Shown here: one piece after another, positions 21,406 to 32,149 of the stretch | Layout: each line of letters opens with the position of its first letter | How positions within the stretch are numbered: the first letter of the stretch is position 1 | DNA from: an uncultured delta proteobacterium | Lineage (GTDB): Bacteria > Desulfobacterota > Desulfomonilia > Desulfomonilales > Desulfomonilaceae | Assembly (NCBI GenBank): GCA_963789265.1 | Contig: CAWBKB010000003.1 | Coordinates: 192,001 to 256,000 of the forward strand | Reading direction: 5' to 3' | Length of the DNA: 64,000 nt | The notes under the pieces: model-generated | Told to the model about the DNA's origin: nothing | Databases searched by the model: none | The model's input: the letters and a program-made list of their open reading frames with translations, nothing else | Position numbers and translations under genes: made by a program

Positions 21406-21612
21406 CTATTTTTCGCGCGACTCCAGCATCTGTTTGATGCCGTGCACCAAGAAATAGGCGAACCCGAGAAAAACCAGCCCCCTGAAAATGGTCACGGAGT
21501 CTTCAATGGATCCGGAGCGAATCGCGGGGTAAAGAACATATCCCATGACAAACATTCCAATGAGACAGACAGCTACTTTCAGAGAGGGATTTAAGAACTT
21601 CCTTCCTGCCAT
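21406..21612 (-). CDS. Small two-TM membrane protein
   Basis: 68-aa ORF with two hydrophobic helices; RBS GAGGA. Confidence 0.6.
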   Translation of the reverse strand: MAGRKFLNPSLKVAVCLIGMFVMGYVLYPAIRSGSIEDSVTIFRGLVFLGFAYFLVHGIKQMLESREK

Positions 21613-21964
21613 TATAATCCTCGGAACAGGAGAGACCGGTTCGAACCGGCACGGGCTCCTGTCAATATAGTCGGTCGCTTGAAAGCGGAGCGATCTCATT
21701 CCATTCATTCCGCTCGGGATTCCGCGCTATATTAACGCAATGGTAGAGGCCGTCAAGTACAGCGGTCTGGAGGCGGGACAGTGAATTTCCTCCGGACGGA
21801 AATTGAACCTTGCTTGGCATCAGTACAAATGGAATACTACCCAATTCCTATTACCAATGCGGAATTTGTTGATTTCACGCTGGAATATTGTTATAGTACG
21901 GCTGGCATAAACTTGACAGATCATCGCTGATGCAAACGCGCATGTCACGAGAAGGAACAAGCAG

Positions 21965-22291
21965 TTGAAGTCCACCGGCTTCCGAGGTACCATAACAAAT
22001 ACGAGCCTGCCGGATATCATTCAACTTATCTGCATAGGTCGCAATAGCTGCCGTATGCACGTGCGCAGTGGAACAAATAACGGTCTGATATATTTCCGAA
22101 GGGGCGAGATCGTCCACGCCCAAACCAACAGAACGGAAGGCGAGGAAGCATTTTACACAATTCTCTCTTGGGAACTAGGGGTATTCGAGTGTGATAATGA
22201 ATCGGCCAAGACCGAAACGATTCAAGAGAGTTGGGATTTTTTGCTGATGGAGAGTGTGCGGCGACTCGACGCCGAGCGCGGCCTCTCTTAG
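21965..22291 (+). CDS. Stand-alone DUF4388 (PatA_N-like) domain protein
   Basis: FRGTI..SLPDIIQL, GLIYFRRGEIVHA, GEEAFYTILSWELGVFE, LLMESVRRLD. Confidence 0.88.
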   Translation: MKSTGFRGTITNTSLPDIIQLICIGRNSCRMHVRSGTNNGLIYFRRGEIVHAQTNRTEGEEAFYTILSWELGVFECDNESAKTETIQESWDFLLMESVRRLDAERGLS

Positions 22292-22339
22292 GCGATTCGA
22301 CCGTATAATCCGAAGAACCGGCCAAGGCAAGTCGGTTGA

Positions 22340-22765
22340 GTGAAACAAATGGCAGATCTCGTGTTAACGAAGCAATCCCTCGACCGTATAGACTCGATTT
22401 TGGCGACCCTCGTGGCACGCAGCGGTGCCCACACGGTCTTGTTGATAGACAAGGCCGGACAGCTCATCAGCTTCCAGGGTTCGATGGATCAGGAAAAGGT
22501 TGCCTCTTTGGCGGCCTTGACAGCGGCCAATTACGGAGCCACCACGGCGATTGCAAGGCTGTTCGGAGAAGAAGAGTTTACGCTTCTCTTCCACAAGGGA
22601 AAGGAGGAGAACATTCACTTTTCCAATGTGGGGGAAGAGTACCTTATGATAACGATTTTCAACAACAATACCCACTTGGGCCTCGTACGTCTGGAGGTGC
22701 GCAAAAGTTTGGAACAGATTGAGGCCATGTTTGCTGAGAATCTCCGCCAGTGGTTCAATGCCTAA
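22340..22765 (+). CDS. mglB: Roadblock/LC7 protein, MglB-like GTPase-activating protein
   Basis: LLIDKAGQLI, SLAALTAANYGATTAIARLFGEEEF, LGLVRL; lies directly upstream of mglA. Confidence 0.88.
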   Translation: MKQMADLVLTKQSLDRIDSILATLVARSGAHTVLLIDKAGQLISFQGSMDQEKVASLAALTAANYGATTAIARLFGEEEFTLLFHKGKEENIHFSNVGEEYLMITIFNNNTHLGLVRLEVRKSLEQIEAMFAENLRQWFNA

Positions 22766-22797
22766 TCTGGACGTGAGCGGTCTTACAGGATAATTTC

Positions 22798-23439
22798 ATG
22801 GCCATAATAAGTTTCCGATCCGACGAAATTCATTGCAAAATCGTCTATTATGGTCCTGGAAGAGGTGGAAAGACGACTAATCTGATAGCGATCCACAGAG
22901 CTTTAGGCCACCAGGTGCGCGGCGAACTGCTCTCCATCGATACCTCGGGAGATCGTACCCTTTTCTTCGATTTCCTTCCTATGGACCTTGGAACTATTGG
23001 GAAGTTTCGCATCAAGATCTCCCTCTATACCGTTCCCGGTCAAGTGCGTTATAACGATACGCGTAAATTGGTTTTAAAGGGTGTTGACGGCATAGTATTC
23101 GTGGCGGATTCATTGGAGGCCCGCAGGAACAACAACATCGAAAGTCTATTGAACCTTGACGACAATCTGAGAGATCAAGGCAAGACCAGTACATCACTTC
23201 CGCTTGTGCTTCAGTTCAATAAACGGGACTTGGCCGGCAGTCGAGTTGCCGTGCTACCCGTGGAGGAAATGGACAAAGATCTCAACCCTGCATCTCGATT
23301 TCCGTCGTTTCCGGCCAGTGCCTTAAAAGGAGACGGCGTGCGCGAAACGTTCAAGAAGATTTGCATGATGACCGTTGTTGATGTGAGTACAAGACTCTTG
23401 AAGGATAAAGGAATGAGCCTGACAGGGTCGGGGCCCTGA
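22798..23439 (+). CDS. mglA: MglA-family small GTPase
   Basis: KIVYYGPGRGGKTTN, DRTLFFDFLP, YTVPGQ, LKGVDGIVFVADS, NKRDL, ASA. Confidence 0.93.
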   Translation: MAIISFRSDEIHCKIVYYGPGRGGKTTNLIAIHRALGHQVRGELLSIDTSGDRTLFFDFLPMDLGTIGKFRIKISLYTVPGQVRYNDTRKLVLKGVDGIVFVADSLEARRNNNIESLLNLDDNLRDQGKTSTSLPLVLQFNKRDLAGSRVAVLPVEEMDKDLNPASRFPSFPASALKGDGVRETFKKICMMTVVDVSTRLLKDKGMSLTGSGP

Positions 23440-23463
23440 TCTAAAAATTCCGGAGAGTTCCCT

Positions 23464-24778
23464 GTGAATGGAAAAAAATACAAGACACCTGATGAACTTG
23501 GCGAAGCTGTAGGATTAAAGATTGAGGAACTCTTCGGCACGATAGTCCACGACCTTCCTCCGGAAGAGCCCGAGGATCAATCGATTGTCAAAGAGCGAAC
23601 GGAAAAAGCTCCTACGGCTCCTATTTCGCGGGCCCCCACACCTGACAGGTACTCCCCGGGATGCAAGATCACGTCCGGGTACCGTCGCAGCCGCCGTGCC
23701 TTCCCCCGCCTCTAACGCTCAAAAGAAGGCCGGCAACACCTGCGCGGAGATTCTTGAGCGTATTGAAATTCTCATGCTGAAACTTGAGTGGGAGGTGAAT
23801 CCCGAGTCGGTCAGAGAGATATTTCAAAGATTTATGGAGTTGGAAGGTTTCTTTTCGGCAGACCGATCGGCGCTAAACATATTAGCCATGAACCGTCGAG
23901 TGCTGCCGCGATTCAAAGACCCGGGGGCGGTGCCTCATCGATCCCTTCTGAGATTGCTCCAGGACAGCATCACGGCTTTAAAAGCCATACATTTATCGCA
24001 GGGCCGTCAGCGTCCCTCAGAGAAATTGATAGCCTCCATCACTAATAGTTATAAAGAAATCGTTTCTTCGCCTCCTGTGTCCGGCGCAGCTTCAAAGTCA
24101 ATGGGTGGAACCACGGAGCAAGGCAACAGACAACGCTACGCATCTTTGATCTCGGAATTTGGTGGGTCTATCCGCTCCATCAACGAGGTTAATCACCGGC
24201 TCGGAAGAATTCTTGGGGTTCTGCGCCAGGGGGGAGGCATGTCCGGCGAAGAAATCAGCCGGCGCCTTGGGGCACTCGAACACCTCATTGCCGAACGTGT
24301 GGAACATCTCTCTGCCGTCCACAAAGAACTGGTTCATATCGGCACACCCACGGGCAGCATAGCGGCTGAATCCGGTCACAATCCTCAGGGAGGCGAAGCC
24401 CGGCCCGACGGGCTGCTAATGATCACGTGGGGAGGAGCTTATCTCGCGATCCCGTCTTCTATCGTAGCGGCTCTCTATCCTCTGTCAAAGGCTCAGACAC
24501 AGCAATTGCAACACAAATCCTCCATTGTCATAGGAGGTCGTACCGTCCAACGAATTCCCCTGAAAAAGCCTCAAGGGGCACAGGCTGAGGCAACAACCCT
24601 GTCCGCTTGGCTCACTCATATTTCTTGGGATCGGAACGATTACTTCCTTCTGGCGGACAAGGTGCTCGGCTATCGCAAGACTCCCGAAGGAGTCGACATA
24701 GCAGGCCAAACAAAAATCAAGATCGGTCCTACCGGATACACGCTTATAGACCGAAAGATTTTGCGTCGGACATCATAG
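23464..24778 (+). CDS. Hypothetical protein with helical core and possible degenerate CheW-like C-terminus; +1 frameshift near 23650
   Basis: Overlapping ORFs 23464-23715 and 23585-24778 join with one base removed. C-terminal LLMITWGGAYLAIPSSIV and YFLLADKVLG segments. Confidence 0.65.
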
Positions 24779-24825
24779 GCCATTAAGGGTTGGTGGATTC
24801 TTCCTCCAAAGGCCGGCTACCTGCG

Positions 24826-26569
24826 ATGATTAAACAAACAATGTTCAAACCGACGACGTTCGGCCGTTACTGCCTCATCGACCAGATTTCCAAGGGCGGC
24901 ATGTCCGACATCTATCTCGCGAAAGCCGTAGGTTTCGGGGGATTTCAGAAACCATTGGTCATCAAGAAACTTCTTCCTCAATACTCTGAAAAGCCACGCC
25001 ATGTGAAAAGGTTCATAAATGAAGCCAATACGTTAGCTCGCCTGAACCACGCCAACATCGTCCAAATCCTGGATATGGGCGTGATTGCAGGTGAATACTA
25101 CATTGCGTTGGAGTATATCGAAGGGCGAAATGTGGCCCACGTTCTCTCCAAATCCGCACGCAGCCAGGCGCGGCCTCCTCTGGAATTTACTTTGCACGTG
25201 ATTGCGGAACTCGCAAAAGGGCTAGGCTATGTTCATAAGAAACAGGGAACGGGCGGCGAGAATTTAATGCTGGTTCACCAGGACGTGAACTCGTTCAATG
25301 TGATGGTTTCTTACGAGGCCGAGGTAAAGATCATCGACTTCGGCATTGCAAGGATCTTTCTCGACAAGGCGAGGCAGGACAAGCTCCCGGTGGCGGGTAA
25401 GCTTTTGTATTTTTCACCTGAGCAACTTCAGAAGAAACCGTTGGACCGCAGGGTCGATATTTACGGAACAGGCGTGCTGTTCTACGAGCTCCTTACCGGC
25501 AAACGGCTCGTGGAACACCGACCGACCATCGAAGAAACCGTTAAAATGATCTTGAAGGTCGATATCAGGGACAAGGTTCGAGGTGATAACGGCATTCCCG
25601 ATGAACTGAAACCGATACTCACCAAGGCCATGGCTTTCGATCCGGGGGCAAGATATTCCTGGATGGAAGAAATGATCGAAGATATCCGATCCGTCTCAAA
25701 GAAACTCTCGCTCGATCTCAATTCAGCCTCTCTATCGGCGTACATGAAAGAACATTTTAGCCAGGAGATACATCTTGACAGGCGCAGAATGCGGAAGCTC
25801 GTATCCGAGGAAGTTCCTCCGGTTGAAAGAACCGGGGGGGGGACCAAGGGGACATCGGCCGGCACCGGGACCGACCTGCTGGAGGCAATCCTGAATCCTG
25901 TTTTAGCGCCGCTGACGGATCACGAAAAAGGATGGGAAGAGCAGACTCAGTTTATCCCGAAGACTATGAAACTTAAGGCTGGAAAGACAATCTTTAGGCA
26001 GGGAGACACGGGATCCGACATTTTTGTAATCAAAAAGGGTACGGTGAGGCTCTTCGTAAAAGTAGGATCGACACGCCGAGACCGTGTCCCTAATCGGGGA
26101 AGGTGACTTCTTCGGAGAAACCGCCCTCCTGGACGGGTACGGCCGGTCGGTTACAGCGCGGGCGGAGGAAAATTGCCAGCTTGTTCCAATAGGCAAGGAA
26201 GCTTTCTTAAGGCTTGCCGGAAGCGATCCCGCACGTACGGTAATTAAACGTCTCGTGGCACGTATCCGAGACTCCAACTCTCTGCTCGAAAGCGCCATGT
26301 TGCAGGACACCCTGTCACGACTGATTTACGCACTGTTGTTCTTCCAGCGAAGAGAACTCGGGCAAAACGGCAAGGCTATAAACCTGAAGGAGTTAACTGA
26401 GTTGTTTCGCCTGGAAAACAGCCGCGAGATGCAGAAGTATTTGGCCAAATTGCAAGCCCTCAATGTTCTTCAGGCCGATGAAGAAGTTGTGCAAGTAAAG
26501 AATCCTCAAAAGCTGGAGAACATCCTGAACATCCTGGTCGGCCGCGGAAAATTCACTTTGAAATTGTGA
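24826..26569 (+). CDS. Hanks-type Ser/Thr protein kinase fused to a cyclic-nucleotide-binding domain; +1 frameshift near 26080
   Basis: FGRY, GGMSDIY, VIKK, HQDVNSFN, IIDFGIA, YFSPE, DIYGTG; cNMP domain IFRQGDTGSDIFVIKKGTV|GDFFGETALL..RSVTARA split by one base. Confidence 0.88.
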
Positions 26570-26649
26570 TCCTCATGATGTTCGTAAGGTTTCCTGGCTG
26601 TCGTCTACTGTGATACAGTCCTGCGACTGTGCATCCCAGGTGAGATCAA

Positions 26650-27378
26650 ATGCATATTATAGCGATAAACGCGGCCCCGCGCATGGAAGCGGGTAATACT
26701 CAGATGATTCTTAACCCCTTCCTGGTTGGTGCGCGACACGTAGGAGCCAAAGTGGATGTGGCACTTCTGGCCAGAAAGAAAATAAACCCGTGCATGGGAT
26801 GTTTCTCATGCTACGCTCTGACTCCGGGCGTATGCGTCCATAATGACGATATGCAAGGCCTCATTGAGAGAATTCGAGCGGCCGACATGATGATATTGGC
26901 CACTCCCATCTATCTGGATGGGATGACTTCTCTGGCAAAGATCTTTATCGACAGACTGGTAGTCTTTCTGGAGCCGCATTACATCATGGATGAAATGGGT
27001 CTGTTACACCCGCTGAGGTGGAATTTTCCCCGGAAAATGTTCCTGGTTTCTGTCTGCGGCTATTCGGGCCTGCACAACTTTGATCCCCTGGTTCTGCACA
27101 TGGAACGACTCGCCAGAAACTTTCACACCGAATTTTGCGGTGCCCTCCTACGACCGGCCGTATTTTCGGTCCTGCTCACCAAAAAGTATCCGGAGCGGGT
27201 TCGCGGGGTGCTCGATGCCGTCAGGATGGCCGGGGAAGAATTGGTGAGGTTCGGAAACGCCACAGCTCCTACCCTAAAGGCCGTAGCTGAGGACATTTGC
27301 ACTCCGGAAGAATTGATGGCGACCGCCAACTCTTATTGGGATCGTGAACTCGGAGGGCCTCCTGACGAACCTGCATAA
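26650..27378 (+). CDS. Flavodoxin-family / iron-sulfur flavoprotein (NADPH-dependent FMN reductase fold)
   Basis: INAAPR..GNT, CMGCFSC..C..DDM, ATPIYLDGMT..K.FIDRL. Confidence 0.88.
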   Translation: MHIIAINAAPRMEAGNTQMILNPFLVGARHVGAKVDVALLARKKINPCMGCFSCYALTPGVCVHNDDMQGLIERIRAADMMILATPIYLDGMTSLAKIFIDRLVVFLEPHYIMDEMGLLHPLRWNFPRKMFLVSVCGYSGLHNFDPLVLHMERLARNFHTEFCGALLRPAVFSVLLTKKYPERVRGVLDAVRMAGEELVRFGNATAPTLKAVAEDICTPEELMATANSYWDRELGGPPDEPA

Positions 27379-29510
27379 GACGCATCGGCACCTGTCCGAG
27401 GGAGGAGACGTCTGTGGTGGGGTCAGGTCGCGCAGTACCAATTCGGTTTTCTCAACTATTGTTCGCTTACATTTTATCACTTTATTCCTCCTTGCGATCC
27501 CGGTTCAGTGCCTTGGCGGCGGAGTCTTTCATGTTTTCCCGCCGACTTTGAAAGATGGAACCGTTGCCGTGGCGCGACTTTCCGTCCTTCTTTCGAGGAC
27601 ACTCATTACGGTTTCAGAATCCTCCGTCGAATATAGGATCGACCAGACTTTTTTCAACGATAATGACTATCCTTTGGACGGGCTGTTCATTCTGCCCATT
27701 GGATGCGGCGAGCCCTCAATCAAGGCCGATGTACACGTAGATGGTTCCCCCTGCCCTTTTACTCTCTCCACCGCCAAACATTTCTTCCCCACATTGCGCA
27801 ACCTGACCGTGTCTATGAAGGACCCATCCCTTCTCGGGCTTTCCGGAGGGTCAGTGATGGTAATTCAGCCGATCCACATAGGTGTGCGTCAACAGAAGTC
27901 ATTCCGGATAATGTTCAAGAAACCTTTGACCTTGAAAAACGAAGAACTGGAAATTCTGTTGCCTCTCGTCGGTGAGCGGTATTCCCTTGGGCCCGTCGGC
28001 GAACTGAATATTCGTGTGCGGCTGAAAATGTCACGATCTGTGAGAGCAGTATTTTCACCATCCCATCACCTTACAATTGTGAGGGAAGCCCCTCACAGAT
28101 GCATGGTTATCGCAAAAGCAAAAGAAAAGAAGGTTCGGCATGATTTCCGATTGCTCATCACATTCTCCGGTGAAGATCTGGATTTGAGGGTGTTCAAAAA
28201 CCGACCCGCAGGAAGGAAGGGGACGTTCATGGCACTTGTTTCGCCACCAGTTGCCTGCTCCAAGGGAACGGGGCCTGACAAAGACGTTGTCTTCCTGTTA
28301 GATGCTTCCGGCAGCATGAGAAAGCCGGATTTCGAACTTGCCAAGAAAGCAGTTCTTTTCGGCCTGGAAAAACTTCGCTCGACGGACAGGTTCAACGTGT
28401 TAACTGTCGGCACCCGCACCGGAAGGCTGACGCACAGTCTTGTCTCTGCAAGCTCGGAAAATCTCATGAAGGCCGCTCAATTTGTGAATTCAACCCGGGG
28501 GGGCGGCGGCACAGACATGTACAACGGTCTGATGAACGCCTTGGAGCAGTTCACTTCTCGCAAGCGGGCCGGCATCGTGATTTTCGTCGGCGATGGCTGT
28601 GCCACGGTTGGGGTAACGAATCGCGAAGTGATCGATGAGGATGTCCGTCGCAACAACAAAACACGAGCGCGGATTTTCGTCCTCACTATGGGAGACGCGG
28701 ATGTGGCCATGCTCGACAAGGTGGCAATGTCGAACCGAGGCGGCTCCTTTCATCTCACGGACAACGATGATTTTCCTTCCGCCATGAATCACTTTTTTGC
28801 CCGGATTTCTCCACCTCAGGCTGCCGATCTTTCCCTGGTATTCCAAAATATTTCTGCCGAAGATGTTGAGCCGAAGGACATCCCGGACCTGTTTGGGCAA
28901 GAGAGTATCGCAGTGTTTGGGCGTTACGACCGGGCGAGCGATACCGAGGCAAAAGTTGTACTCAAGGCCAGAGTCCAAGGCCGTGTGAACACAGTCGTGC
29001 AGAATCTTAGATTCTCCGCGGTTGATGAGGGCCACTCTTATATACCGCGCTTGTGGGCCATGCGACACGTTAGCGCGACTGCTCGAAAAGGAATCTCTCA
29101 AAGGATTCGACTCAGAACGGCTACATCAGATTACGGCCCTGGCCGGGGTATATGGATTCCGACTGCCGAAAATTTCAACAATGCCCACTGAACATGGTGC
29201 TACGACCGACAAAGACACAGGCGGGCTGCTGTGGAGCTATAAGATGTCCCCGGTGGCCGTGGACGTGGAATCAGAACAATTCCGAAGTGTTGAAGGCAGG
29301 GTATTTCGATCGGACAACGGGCTATGGGTAGACACGGAGTATCGCCCTTCAATGGCGGCTCGCACGGTGAGATTTCTGAGTAAAGAATATTTTTCCCTTT
29401 GCAGGGACGATCTGTCCGTAGGTCATTACTTGGCCCTCGGTTCCAACTTAATCTTCATGTCGGATAAGGGCCCCATAAGAATAGTCTCTGATATCAATGC
29501 ATCCCGATAG
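27344..29510 (+). CDS. VIT (vault inter-alpha-trypsin) plus vWA domain protein; start uncertain; +1 frameshift near 29070
   Basis: IDQTFFNDN..LDGLFILP, DVVFLLDASGSM (MIDAS), GGGTD, IPDLF, IPRLWA. The tail continues in ORF 29022-29510. Confidence 0.85.
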
Positions 29511-29540
29511 CCCCCGATTTCGACGTCCAAAAGTCTTTTT

Positions 29541-31211
29541 TCATTCGGGATGCATCACAGGCCCGTCTATGCACGATCTCAGGCCGCTCTTTGTTCCGCA
29601 ACTGCCGCAGAGGCCGATTCCACATCTCATTATGTCTTCACGCGCTACTAAGATTCGCTCCTGGGGAGTTTTCTGTCTCAGAACGGCTAATGCTGCGTCC
29701 ACCATGGGCTCCGGCCCGCAAATAAAAATTTGACACTCCTCGTAAAGATCGGGTTCCATGGCGGTGTCGTGGGCCAAGAGTTTCACTATCTCGCCAATGT
29801 GGCCTGGAGGATCGATTGCTATGCAGGCCGAAGGAATCTTCGCGAGTATTTCATCTTGAAAACTATCGCTCACTTTGTCCGAAAATCCGAAGAAAGCCTT
29901 CGATACGGATCCGCGCCAATATGCCGCGGCCAGCATGATCGGCGCCGCGCCTGTCCCCCCTCCAATCAAGACTACCGGGCTTCCCGGCTGGGGCGTGGAG
30001 AATCCTTTGCCGTACGGACCTCTCATGAAGATTGGATCCCCTGGCTCGAGCTGCTCCAGTGCCCGGGTGAACGGCCCAACACTGCGTACTAAATAGATTG
30101 GTTCCTTGTCCAGGGCCGGAGAAAAGGGCTTCTCGCCAACGCCGGGTAGCCGAAGGAAAAAGAACCGACCGGGAGCACACGGGGGGCCTTCCTCGAAACG
30201 GAGCCTAAAGAGCCCGGGCCCGAAAGAGGTATTCTCGACGACACGAGTTTTGAAATAGGTGGTGCGGGCATTTCCGGTAGGCCGACAGACAGAAGAGACC
30301 GGCGCTGATTTTCCGGTCAGAGAATCAACCAGACATTGAAAGTAGTCCGCCACTTGGGCTGTCGGCAGTCCGGCCAGGGCCGATCCTACTGAAAAAAAGG
30401 ACGCCCCGGCCTTCCTGTAGGCTCTCACGTCTTCCGCTGAAGTTATTCCTCCCGCGGCAATTATCGGGATGTTCACCGACGACGCTGCTTCCATCACTGA
30501 TTTCAGGCCAATGGGCAATATGCCCGCGCCGGACACTCCGCCGGTCACGTTTGTCAGAACGGGATTACCCTCCGCGTCCGTCGCGATACCCGGACCTACG
30601 GTGTTGATCAGACACAATGCGTCTGCGCCCTCCGCTTCGCACAAGCAGGCCATTTCCGGGATGTCTCCAAGATTCGGAGAGAGCTTGGGGATAATGGGCT
30701 TTCGGAAATGCTGCTTCAAGAGCCTTATGATCGTACGCACCGCATCCGGATCGGAACCTACGTTCTGGCCTGCTCCTTTCACGTGAGGGCAAGAAAGGTT
30801 CAGCTCGAAAGCGTCTGCGATCGTATTCAAGATGAGAGCGCATTCCAGAAACTCTTCCGCGTCTTTGCCCATGATGGAAACAATCAATGGTTTATTATCA
30901 TGGAGCGGCAGCAGTGGCTGCATGGCCCTGAGAAAGTCTTTAGCGCCGGGGTTCGCCAACCCTACTGCGTTGACGAAACAGCCCGGATAATACTCATGGA
31001 GCACCGGTTCCCTGTAGCCCGATCTGGGCTCGGCACTGAGAGTTTTTGTCGTCAAGAACCCTATGGCAGGAATGTCTCTGGCGATGCGTGCAATGACGGA
31101 AGGGATGGTCGTGAGAATGCCGGACGGTATAGTGAACGGCGACTTCACCGCCAAGCCGGCTAGGCTGGTGTTCGAAAGATCTTTTATCATGGCTGCCAGT
31201 GATGAACTCAT
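29541..31211 (-). CDS. pyrD: Fused dihydroorotate dehydrogenase (PyrD, family 1B-like) and electron-transfer subunit (PyrK-like)
   Basis: NAVGLANPG, ELNLSCPH, KLSPN, INT, GGVSG and GGI motifs, then PGRFF, KPFS, RGPYGKGF, GGGTG, CGPEPM and MRCGIGLCGSC...CIDGPV in one frame. Confidence 0.85.
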   Translation of the reverse strand: MSSSLAAMIKDLSNTSLAGLAVKSPFTIPSGILTTIPSVIARIARDIPAIGFLTTKTLSAEPRSGYREPVLHEYYPGCFVNAVGLANPGAKDFLRAMQPLLPLHDNKPLIVSIMGKDAEEFLECALILNTIADAFELNLSCPHVKGAGQNVGSDPDAVRTIIRLLKQHFRKPIIPKLSPNLGDIPEMACLCEAEGADALCLINTVGPGIATDAEGNPVLTNVTGGVSGAGILPIGLKSVMEAASSVNIPIIAAGGITSAEDVRAYRKAGASFFSVGSALAGLPTAQVADYFQCLVDSLTGKSAPVSSVCRPTGNARTTYFKTRVVENTSFGPGLFRLRFEEGPPCAPGRFFFLRLPGVGEKPFSPALDKEPIYLVRSVGPFTRALEQLEPGDPIFMRGPYGKGFSTPQPGSPVVLIGGGTGAAPIMLAAAYWRGSVSKAFFGFSDKVSDSFQDEILAKIPSACIAIDPPGHIGEIVKLLAHDTAMEPDLYEECQIFICGPEPMVDAALAVLRQKTPQERILVAREDIMRCGIGLCGSCGTKSGLRSCIDGPVMHPE

Positions 31212-31371
31212 TTACAACTGTTTCAGGCGACTGATACGATAAAAACGGAATGCAGATCCATGCGGCTTCTCGAGCCCTGAGCCCCGCTGACCGGTAGTCC
31301 GTCGCGGGAACCGGCTTGGCCAAGGTCATGACCTCTCACGGAATCCGTGCCGCCGTGTTCCCTCGGGAGGC

Positions 31372-32119
31372 TCACGCTCCCGGGCCGAGGAATAAAATCG
31401 GGTTTCGAGGCTTGGAACGGGAACGGACCTCGAAGTAGAGAGATGGAGCCTGTACCTCTCCCTGAAGTCCCGACAGTACCTATGATTTGGCCTCTCTTGA
31501 CAGGCTGGCCGTTGGTCACTCGCACCTCTTTCAAATGGGCATAAACAGTGACGAGCCGCCCGGGGTGCTCAATCAAGACTACTTTGCCATATTCCCCAAT
31601 AGTTTTCACGCAACCCACCAGGCCGTCGGCCGCTGCCGCCACAGGTGTTCCTTCTTTTGCCTGGATAGTTATACCATTGTATTGGACACCGTTTCTCGCT
31701 CCGTATTCGGAAATGACGTTTCCATTTACAGGCCATGCAAGGCTCCCTCCGAAATCTTGCATGCGTGATCTCTTTGCTGAAGGCCCTTGACTCGGAACAA
31801 TCAATCTTTTCCGCGGCGCACAGGGAATGAAGATTCTTGCGCCGGCCTTAACGGTATAAGGGCGCGTCAAATTATTTACCTTAGCGAGCATTTGGAGGTC
31901 AACGCCGTAAGCCTTGGCTACATCGGACAAGCTCTCATTACGTCCCACGACATGATAGATCCCCGTCCCCGAGACCGGATTGTTCGGCCGTGAGTGTGGC
32001 GGTCTGAATGTCGTGGAAACAGCGGCGCCGTAATAGGGGCAGCCCGAACTCAAAGTCACAAAAAGAAGGATTGCTGTAGGGACGATCCTACGCGGTGCGC
32101 GTTCCGGGATATCAGACAC
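31372..32119 (-). CDS. LysM plus M23 peptidase lipoprotein (NlpD-like); +1 frameshift near 31457
   Basis: Lipobox LSSGC, LysM domain, WPVNG, GITIQA, TVYAHL. Corrected tail is SLYFEVRSRSKPRNPILFL*. Lies downstream of pcm. Confidence 0.85.
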
Positions 32120-32149
32120 TGGAATATTTCAGTCCCCATCTTGAAGGTT

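Noticed and set aside
21625..21662. GGTTCGAACC as a possible tRNA T-arm
   Set aside because: No cloverleaf can be built. It is a simple palindrome (CCGGTTCGAACCGG) inside an ACAGGAG/CTCCTGT stem.
21903..21918. Possible sigma54 promoter TGGCATAAACTTGAC (also TGGCAC at ~12168)
   Set aside because: Neither has the required GG-N10-GC spacing.
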